Shown here piece by piece: positions 57,876 through 64,000 of a stretch of DNA of 64,000 bases (the stretch's first letter is position 1; every line of letters starts with the position of its first letter). Source of the DNA: Chloroflexota bacterium (GTDB taxonomy: Bacteria; Chloroflexota; Limnocylindria; QHBO01); assembly GCA_040905185.1 (NCBI GenBank), contig JBBDRZ010000007.1:408206-472205 (forward strand), given 5' to 3'. Both the position numbers and the translations under genes were made by a program. The notes below the pieces were generated by a model, which was not told the origin of the DNA, ran no database searches, and worked only from the letters and a program-made list of their open reading frames with translations.

Positions 57876-58856
57876 TCATCGACTTTGGCGGCCCCGGAAG
57901 CGCGCCATGCGCGCCACGAGCTGCTCCTGCGAGTCCAGCTCCTCGTCGCGAATCTCGCGACCGGTCAGGTGCAGGAACACGTCGTCCAGGGTCGGCTGCC
58001 GCACCGTGACCGATGCCAGCGGCTGGCTGAAAGTGCGGACGAACTCGGGAAGGAACTCGGGCCCGTGGGACACGGTGAAGCTCACCGTCCCGTCGCGGAC
58101 GGCAGCCTCGGTCCCGTACCGCTCGCCGATCTCGATCGCCGCGGCCTGGTTGTCGGCTGCCGCGATGGTCACCAGGTCACCTCCCACGGAACGTTTCAAC
58201 CCGTTGGGCGTGTCCAGTCCCACGATCCGGCCGTGGTCGATGACCGCGATCCGGTCGCTGTGCTCGGCCTCGTCCATGTAGTGCGTGGTCAGGAAGATGG
58301 TCAGCCCCTCCTGCTCGCGCAGCGCGCGCAGGTAGTCCCAGATCAGGCGTCGGGTCTGCGGGTCCAGGCCCAGGGTGGGCTCGTCCAGAAACAGCACTTT
58401 GGGGTGGTGGAGCAGGCCGCGAGCGATCTCCAGGCGACGCTTCATGCCGCCCGAGTACTTCCGCACGTCGCCCTTCCGGCGGTCGGTCAGGTCGACCATG
58501 GCCAGCAGCTCGGTCATGCGCTGCTCCCGCAGCCCGGCGGGGATGCCGTACGCGTACGCGTGGAAGCGGAGGTTCTGCTCCGCGGACAGGTACTCGTCCA
58601 GGGTGGTCTGCTGAAAGACCAGACCGATGGAGCGGCGGACCTCGCTGCGCTCGTGGCGCACGTCGAAGCCGTTGACCCGCGCGGATCCGGCGCTGGGGGC
58701 AATGAGGGTGCAGAGCATGTTGATGGTCGTCGTCTTGCCCGCCCCATTGGGGCCCAGGAAGCCGAAGATCTCGCCCGGCTCCACGCCGAACGTCACGCCC
58801 TTGACCGCCTCGATCTCGCCGAAGTGCTTGGCGAGGCCGTCGACCTCGATGATCAT
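57876..58856 (-). CDS. ABC transporter ATP-binding protein (DrrA-like)
   Basis: GFLGPNGAGKTTT (Walker A), YSGGMKRRLEIA (signature), VLFLDEPTLGLD (Walker B). Confidence 0.9.
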   Translation of the reverse strand: MIIEVDGLAKHFGEIEAVKGVTFGVEPGEIFGFLGPNGAGKTTTINMLCTLIAPSAGSARVNGFDVRHERSEVRRSIGLVFQQTTLDEYLSAEQNLRFHAYAYGIPAGLREQRMTELLAMVDLTDRRKGDVRKYSGGMKRRLEIARGLLHHPKVLFLDEPTLGLDPQTRRLIWDYLRALREQEGLTIFLTTHYMDEAEHSDRIAVIDHGRIVGLDTPNGLKRSVGGDLVTIAAADNQAAAIEIGERYGTEAAVRDGTVSFTVSHGPEFLPEFVRTFSQPLASVTVRQPTLDDVFLHLTGREIRDEELDSQEQLVARMARFRGRQSR

Positions 58857-58987
58857 TCGGCGCTCAGAGTACCGGCGAATGCCGATCCTGTCTGATCAGC
58901 CCTCCGACTGGCTCACGGGGCCGCTGATGGGCAGGGCCCAACGACGCCCTCTGATGATCACCGTCGCATGGTACCGAGCGCGAGACG

Positions 58988-60085
58988 ATGAACACCGGCG
59001 CAACCCGTACCCTATTGAAGGTCATGAAGCGCGGGTCGTGGACGAGCCTGGCCCTGAGCCTCGCCCTGGCGGCATGCTCGGTCCAGTCCGCGTCGCCCAC
59101 CCCGGTCGGCTCGCCGTCGCCATCGACCCGGGTCGAGAGCTCGGAGCCTGCGGCCAGCCCTTCCCCGACCCCGTTGGGCGAGATGACCTTCGCGGTGGAC
59201 ACCTATCCGGTCCCCGCCGGGTCGGCGCCGCACGACGTCGCGCCGGCCGCCGACGGTGGAGTCTGGTACACGGCGCAGCGCAGCGGCGAGCTGGGCTGGC
59301 TGGATCCGGACACCGGAGAGGTGCGCGAGGTGGCGCTGGGGCCCGGCTCTTCTCCGCACGGAGTGATCGTCGGCCCCGACGGGGCGCCCTGGATCACGGA
59401 TAGCGGGCTGAACGCCATCGTCCGCGTCGACCCGGAGACCTTCGCGGTCACCATCTACCGGCTGCCGGGTTCCACGCCCGGCGCCAACCTGAACACGGCC
59501 GCCTTCGACGGCGACGGGATCCTGTGGTTCACCGGCCAAGCCGGCTACTACGGATCTCTGGACCCGTCTAGCGGCGCCATTGAAGTCTTTCCCGCTCTGC
59601 GTGGCGCCGGTCCGTACGGGATCACCGCCACGCCGTCCGGGGACATCTACTACAGCTCGTTGGCGGGCAGCTATCTGGGCGCGGTCGACACGATGACAGG
59701 GGCGGTCACGGTCCTGGATCCCCCGACCGTGGGGGCGGGTGCGCGGCGCGCCTGGTCGGACTCGCGGGGACGCATCTGGGTGGCGGAGTGGTTCGTCGGC
59801 CAGGTCGCGGTCTACGAACCCGCGACCGGCGCCTGGCAGGAGTGGCCCCTGCCCGGGGCAGCCCCGCAGGCATACGCGGTGTACGTCGACGAGACCGATG
59901 CCGTCTGGCTCACCGATTTCGGCGCCAACGCCATCGTCCGCTTCGACCCGGAGACCGAAACGTTCCGATCCTTCCCGCTCGAGAGCCAGCCAGCGAACGT
60001 GCGCCAGCTCCTGGGCCGACCGGGTGAGGTATGGGGCGCCGAGTCTGCTGCCGACCAGCTGGTGGTGGTGCGCTTCGGCTACTGA
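58988..60085 (+). CDS. Streptogramin-lyase (Vgb)-like beta-propeller lipoprotein
   Basis: The lipobox is LALSLALAACS. Repeated ..GP.GI....DG..W.T......I.R.DP.TG... blades are present (PHDVAPAADGGVWYT.., PHGVIVGPDGAPWITD..). Confidence 0.65.
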   Translation: MNTGATRTLLKVMKRGSWTSLALSLALAACSVQSASPTPVGSPSPSTRVESSEPAASPSPTPLGEMTFAVDTYPVPAGSAPHDVAPAADGGVWYTAQRSGELGWLDPDTGEVREVALGPGSSPHGVIVGPDGAPWITDSGLNAIVRVDPETFAVTIYRLPGSTPGANLNTAAFDGDGILWFTGQAGYYGSLDPSSGAIEVFPALRGAGPYGITATPSGDIYYSSLAGSYLGAVDTMTGAVTVLDPPTVGAGARRAWSDSRGRIWVAEWFVGQVAVYEPATGAWQEWPLPGAAPQAYAVYVDETDAVWLTDFGANAIVRFDPETETFRSFPLESQPANVRQLLGRPGEVWGAESAADQLVVVRFGY

Positions 60086-60102
60086 CCACCCAGGCACCCC
60101 CC

Positions 60103-60260
60103 AAGACCGAAGAATTCAAGATCACCGGTGACGAGCTGCTGGCCCAAGTTCCGGGAGCTCGTCCACGAGGGCAACGTCCGTCGCCTGATTATCAAGAGCG
60201 ACTCGGGGATCAAGCTCCTCGAGGTGCCGTTGACGATCGGCGTGATCGGCGCTGCGACTG
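60103..60260 (+). pseudogene. DUF4342-like remnant (no start, frameshifted, 3'-truncated)
   Basis: One frame reads TEEFKITGDELLAQV. The next frame reads RELVHEGNVRRLIIKSDSGIKLLEVPLTIGVIGAA. Together they fit the DUF4342 N-terminal pattern. Confidence 0.5.
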
Positions 60261-60350
60261 ACAACCGGCGGCTCAGGGCAGCTGGGCCGCCCTCAACAGG
60301 TCGTTCAGGATCTCGGCCGCACTCCGCGCCCGGGACTGTTCCACGCGCGG

Positions 60351-60779
60351 TCAGACCCAGACCGATACGACGACCGCCACGATGATCAGCCCCACCACGT
60401 GGTACGTGCCGGTGATCGCGAACCACACCCACGGCTGGGGAAGATTTGGTGTGAACGTCGCATCCACGGCGGTTCGGGCCAGTGCATAGCCGATACCGAC
60501 CACGAGCCCCAGGATGATCCCGCTCTCGAGTGTGTTCGACCCGGTGGCTGCCGCCAGCATGCCGGTTGCCACGGCCATCACCAGGTACGCGACCGCCGGG
60601 ATCGCATAGGTGGTGATCCGCATCTGGGGCGGCGTCGCCTCGGGATCCCACCCGATCGACCGTTGCCACGCTCGGCCCAGCAGTGGCGGGGCATACCAGA
60701 TGGCACCCAGCACGAAGTAGATAGCGGCTCCCACGAAGACCGCCAACCAGTTGAGTTGACCGACCATGTCCAGGCTCAT
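60351..60779 (-). CDS. DUF1761 membrane protein
   Basis: MSLDMVGQLNWLAVFVGAAIYFVLGAIWYAPPLLGRAWQRSIGWD... Internal ATG used; the ORF-track N-terminal extension was rejected. Confidence 0.7.
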   Translation of the reverse strand: MSLDMVGQLNWLAVFVGAAIYFVLGAIWYAPPLLGRAWQRSIGWDPEATPPQMRITTYAIPAVAYLVMAVATGMLAAATGSNTLESGIILGLVVGIGYALARTAVDATFTPNLPQPWVWFAITGTYHVVGLIIVAVVVSVWV

Positions 60780-60856
60780 GACGCCCTCCGAATCGATTCC
60801 ATCGGCCCACGAAAGCCGACCGGTGCAGGGTAGTCCGCGGGCGTCCCGCGGACCAG

Positions 60857-61417
60857 ATGGAGGCAAGGCCTCCAACCGGGTACGATCGGCGTATCGTGAC
60901 CTTCCAGCTCGAAGACACCTTCGCGCTCCTCGAGCGCACGCCGCGTGCCCTGCGTGAGCAGCTGGTGGGCCTGCCGGTGGCATGGACCGAGTCGCGACCG
61001 GACCCCGAGAACTGGAGCGCGTACCAGGTCGTCTGCCACCTCGCCTACATCGAGGAGAACGACTGGCTCGTCCGCGCCCGTCTCATCCTTGAGCAGGGAC
61101 CCACCCAGGCCTTTCCTCCCGTCGACCACGGCGACCAATCGGCTCGCTATGCCGGCCAGTCGCTGGAGCTCGTCCTCGACCAATTCACCCGACTCCGGAG
61201 CGGCAACCTGGAATCTGTCCGCTCCCTCCTGACCGATGCCGGGGTGCTGGACCGACGCGGACTCCACCCGACCCTGGGCGAGGTGACCATGCGCGAGCTG
61301 CTGGCCACGTGGGTCGTACACGACCTCAATCACCTGCGCCAGGCGCAGCAAGCCATGGCGGTCCGATATTCGGAGGACGTTGGCCCGTGGAAGGCCAACC
61401 TTGGGATACTGAGCTGA
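60857..61417 (+). CDS. DinB-superfamily protein
   Basis: NWSAYQVVCHLAYIEENDWLVRARLIL.., ELLATWVVHDLNHLRQA. Confidence 0.7.
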   Translation: MEARPPTGYDRRIVTFQLEDTFALLERTPRALREQLVGLPVAWTESRPDPENWSAYQVVCHLAYIEENDWLVRARLILEQGPTQAFPPVDHGDQSARYAGQSLELVLDQFTRLRSGNLESVRSLLTDAGVLDRRGLHPTLGEVTMRELLATWVVHDLNHLRQAQQAMAVRYSEDVGPWKANLGILS

Positions 61418-62598
61418 TGCTGGCGCGAAGCGTTCGGATTGCCGCTCTTGGCGCCCTGGCCCTGATCCTGGTCGGCGTCGGCGCCGTCATGGCCGGTGGC
61501 GACGTGGAGGACAAGCTGCGCACCGGCGATACGGTGACCGTGGACGCGGGCGAGGTGGTGGCGCACGACCTGTACGTGTTCGGTGGGGAAGTCATCGTGG
61601 ACGGCACGGTTGAAGGCGACCTCGTCGTGGCCTCGGGCACGGTCACCATCAACGGCTCGGTGCTCGGAGACCTGGTGGCGGGCTCGGGTGAGCTATTCGT
61701 CCATGGCACGGTCGACGGGGACGCTCGGGTGGGCGCCGGACGGATCAGTCTCACTGGTTCGGTGGGCGAGGACCTGCTGGCCGGAGCCGGCCAGATCGAT
61801 GTCGCGGCCAGCGGGTCTGTGGGGGAGGACCTGATCTTCGGGGCGGGTGACGTCACCGTGAGCGGCGCCATCGCCGGAAGCGTGTACGGGACCGCAACGA
61901 CCTATTCGTCTCGGAACGGATCGGTGGCTGGCAGCGAGAATGTGACCCTCGACACCGGGTTCGAGCCGTCTGAACCGGCGCTGTCGGAACCGGTCCGCAT
62001 CGCGGCAGACGCCCTCCGCCAGCTGCTCACCGTGGTCCTGTTCGGCGCCGTTGGGCTGTGGCTCGTCCCGGGCGCGCTCCGTGCCTCGGAAAGCGCACTC
62101 CGCCGACGTCCGCTGGCCTCGGTCGGGATGGGCATCGGCATCCTGGTCGGCTACATCATCCAGTTCATCGCGGTGATCCTGCTCATGATCCTGGTCGGGG
62201 TCGCCCTGGGATCGGTCACGCTGGATGGCCTGGCGGGGATCGCCATCTGGGCCGGGATCGTGGACCTCATGATCAGCACCCTCGCCCTGGTGGTCGCCGC
62301 CTCGTTCGTGGTGGATGCAGTGGTCGGCCTGGCCCTGGCCCAGCTGGTGGCGCGTGGCTGGGCGCAGAGCCGCTGGCAGGAGCTGTTCCTTCTGGTCGTC
62401 GGGGCGCTGATCGTGGTGGCCGCGACCTCGCTGCCCGAGATCGGCGGCATCGTGAAGCTGTGCGTCATCGTCCTGGGCTTGGGGGCCATGACCGTGGCGG
62501 CGGCCGAGGCCTGGCAGCGGCGCCACCCACCGGCTGCCCCGTCGTGGGGAGCGCAGGTCGCAGCGCCCACTCCACCGGCCCCACCAACTCCGGGCTGA
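61417..62598 (+). CDS. Membrane protein with a bactofilin-like (polymer-forming cytoskeletal) repeat domain and C-terminal TM helices
   Basis: The ATG overlaps the upstream TGA by 1 nt. The repeats are V.G.V.GDL.. (VDGTVEGDLVVASGTVTINGSVLGDLVAGSGELFVHGTVDGDARVGAGRISLTGSVGEDLLAG..). About five TM helices and a Pro-rich tail follow. Confidence 0.6.
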   Translation: MLARSVRIAALGALALILVGVGAVMAGGDVEDKLRTGDTVTVDAGEVVAHDLYVFGGEVIVDGTVEGDLVVASGTVTINGSVLGDLVAGSGELFVHGTVDGDARVGAGRISLTGSVGEDLLAGAGQIDVAASGSVGEDLIFGAGDVTVSGAIAGSVYGTATTYSSRNGSVAGSENVTLDTGFEPSEPALSEPVRIAADALRQLLTVVLFGAVGLWLVPGALRASESALRRRPLASVGMGIGILVGYIIQFIAVILLMILVGVALGSVTLDGLAGIAIWAGIVDLMISTLALVVAASFVVDAVVGLALAQLVARGWAQSRWQELFLLVVGALIVVAATSLPEIGGIVKLCVIVLGLGAMTVAAAEAWQRRHPPAAPSWGAQVAAPTPPAPPTPG

Positions 62599-62607
62599 GC
62601 AGCGACC

Positions 62608-63270
62608 GTGTCGAACGCTACCCTCGGCCTGCCCGACGAGCTCCACGCCTATCTGCTCGACGTGGGCGTGCGAGAGCCGGATCTCCTCCGCCAGCTCCGC
62701 GCCGAGACGGCCGCCATGCCGGAGCATGACATGCAGATCGCGCCCGAGCAGGGCGCGCTCATGGCGCTCCTGGTCGAGCTCACCGGCGCTCGTCGCTGCC
62801 TCGAGGTGGGCACCTTCACCGGCTACTCGTCACTCAGCGTGGCCCTGGCCCTGCCGGCTGACGGCCGGCTCGTGTGCTGCGACCTCAGCCGCGAATGGAC
62901 CGATGTCGCCCGCCGCTACTGGGCCCAGGCGGGCGTGGCGGACAAGATCGAGCTGCGGCTGGGCCCCGCCCTGGACACCCTGCACGCGATGGTGGCTGAA
63001 GGGCTGGCCGGCACGTTCGACTTCGCGTTCCTGGACGCCGACAAGGACAACTACCCCGCCTATGCCGACCGGATCCTGACCCTGCTCCGGCGCGGCGGGC
63101 TGATGGCCATCGACAACGTGTTCTGGGGCGGCGAGGTGGCGCAGCCCGAGGTCGACAACGTCTCGGTGCGCGGCATTCGGGAGCTGAACCGCATGCTCGC
63201 CTCCAACGAGCGGGTCAGCCTGTCCATGGTACCCATCGCGGACGGCCTGACCCTGGCCCGCAAGCGGTAG
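62608..63270 (+). CDS. Class I SAM-dependent O-methyltransferase (caffeoyl-CoA OMT-like, family 3)
   Basis: CLEVGTFTGYSSLSVALAL, FDFAFLDADKDNYPAY, GGLMAIDNVFWGG. Confidence 0.85.
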   Translation: MSNATLGLPDELHAYLLDVGVREPDLLRQLRAETAAMPEHDMQIAPEQGALMALLVELTGARRCLEVGTFTGYSSLSVALALPADGRLVCCDLSREWTDVARRYWAQAGVADKIELRLGPALDTLHAMVAEGLAGTFDFAFLDADKDNYPAYADRILTLLRRGGLMAIDNVFWGGEVAQPEVDNVSVRGIRELNRMLASNERVSLSMVPIADGLTLARKR

Positions 63271-63285
63271 CGGCGGGGCGGCCGC

Positions 63286-64000
63286 TTGGAGATCACCGCC
63301 CCCACCATCCTGGAGATCGGCGCCCTGCTGCTGGCCGCTGCAGCCGCCGGGTGGGCCGCGCGGCGGGTCCATCTGCCTGCGGTCGTGGGCTACCTGGCGG
63401 TCGGCCTGGCGGTGTCTCCCTTCACACCGGGATTCGTGGCGGATCCGGAGCAGCTGCACCTCCTGGCCGATATCGGCGTCATCCTCCTCCTGTTCGAGGT
63501 CGGGATCGAGATCGACGTCTTCACGCTCCGCCGTGAGCAGCGGGCCCTGGTGTGGACGGCCCCTCTCCAGATGGTGATCACCGCCGTGGCCGGAATCGGG
63601 ATCGGGCTCATGACCGGGATCGGTCCGGTGGCCGGCGCGGTGCTTGGGCTGGCGGTCGCCTTCTCGTCAACCGTCGTCGTGATCAACATCACCCGCAGCC
63701 GCCGCCGGACGACCGATCCCCCCACCGAGCTGGCGCTGGTGGGCTGGGCCATCCTCCAGGACGTGACCGGCGTGATCCTGACCGGGATCCTGATCGCGGC
63801 CATCGGCGCCGAGGACCGGCCCTGGTACCTGACGCTCATCGGTCTGGCGGCGTTCATCGGCCTGGCTGTCGCGGCCGCCTGGGTCCTGCCGCGGGTCCTG
63901 CGCGCGGTGCACTCCGACAAGGACCTGTTCCTGGTGGTGACGATCGGGGCGGGGCTGGCAATCGCGGGCCTGGGTGGACTGGTCTTCCAGATTCCCATGG
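63286..64000 (+). CDS. Cation:proton antiporter (Kef/CPA2-type), 3'-truncated by the window edge
   Basis: Not in the ORF track because there is no stop in the window. From TTG 63286 it reads LEITAPTILEIGALLLAAAAAGWAARRVHLPAVVGYLAVGLAVSPFTPGFV..LADIGVILLLFEVGIEID... The 63390-63998 minus ORF is its antisense shadow. Confidence 0.8.
   Translation, partial: MEITAPTILEIGALLLAAAAAGWAARRVHLPAVVGYLAVGLAVSPFTPGFVADPEQLHLLADIGVILLLFEVGIEIDVFTLRREQRALVWTAPLQMVITAVAGIGIGLMTGIGPVAGAVLGLAVAFSSTVVVINITRSRRRTTDPPTELALVGWAILQDVTGVILTGILIAAIGAEDRPWYLTLIGLAAFIGLAVAAAWVLPRVLRAVHSDKDLFLVVTIGAGLAIAGLGGLVFQIPM

Noticed and set aside
57841-57880. ctcggtcatcggctc..ggtcatcggttcatcg resembling the repeat's ATG region
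   Set aside because: Only about 12 nt match, at the ordinary start of the ABC permease (MTEIW). No further similarity exists on either side.
1-64000. Search for tRNA, rRNA, transposase, integrase or phage structural genes that could explain the mosaic zone
   Set aside because: Nothing I could read in any frame resembles these. Their absence is by eye only and should be confirmed with tRNAscan/Infernal and profile searches.

Overview
High-GC bacterial chromosomal segment. Gene content (F420-type enzymes, a SARP regulator, leaderless-style promoters) looks Actinomycetota- or Chloroflexota-like, but that is inference only.

- **1-2234:** the 3' part of class II ribonucleotide reductase nrdJ. 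The window starts inside an intein that ends HN|C at 347/348.
- **2268-7422:** a defence-like islet that looks AT-richer. It holds a standalone TIR-domain gene convergent with a four-gene minus-strand operon: small HTH, AlbA_2 (Schlafen-core-like), DUF2075 nuclease-ATPase, and an unknown nuclease-like protein. The middle two read like a split Schlafen.
- **7425-30620:** a mosaic zone punctuated by at least 11 co-oriented copies or fragments of one module, the promoter-leader plus the first ~75 codons of a DNA methyltransferase. No copy is an intact methyltransferase.
  - Between copies sit small heterogeneous gene sets rich in toxin-antitoxin pairs: MNT-HepT, HicAB, HTH-PIN, BrnT, and DUF4160/DUF2442 three or four times.
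  - The zone also carries several gene-end fragments and frameshifted remnants.
- **30.8-64 kb:** mostly ordinary genes.
  - Redox enzymes, an aminotransferase, VapBC, an adenylate cyclase and a 6-gene envelope-glycan cluster.
  - A HAD phosphatase, an orphan SdhA-like flavoprotein, HtrA, an ABC-2 exporter and a Kef-type antiporter that runs off the right edge.
  - Two regulatory curiosities: a SARP-transmembrane-solute-binding-protein hybrid next to four 11-bp-phased heptamers, and an XRE-TPR regulator divergent from a 39-codon signal-peptide ORF (RRNPP-like).

I recognised no rRNA, tRNA, CRISPR array, transposase or integrase. Coordinates come from the ORF track plus manual reading. Family names are pattern recognition on the translations, not database hits.
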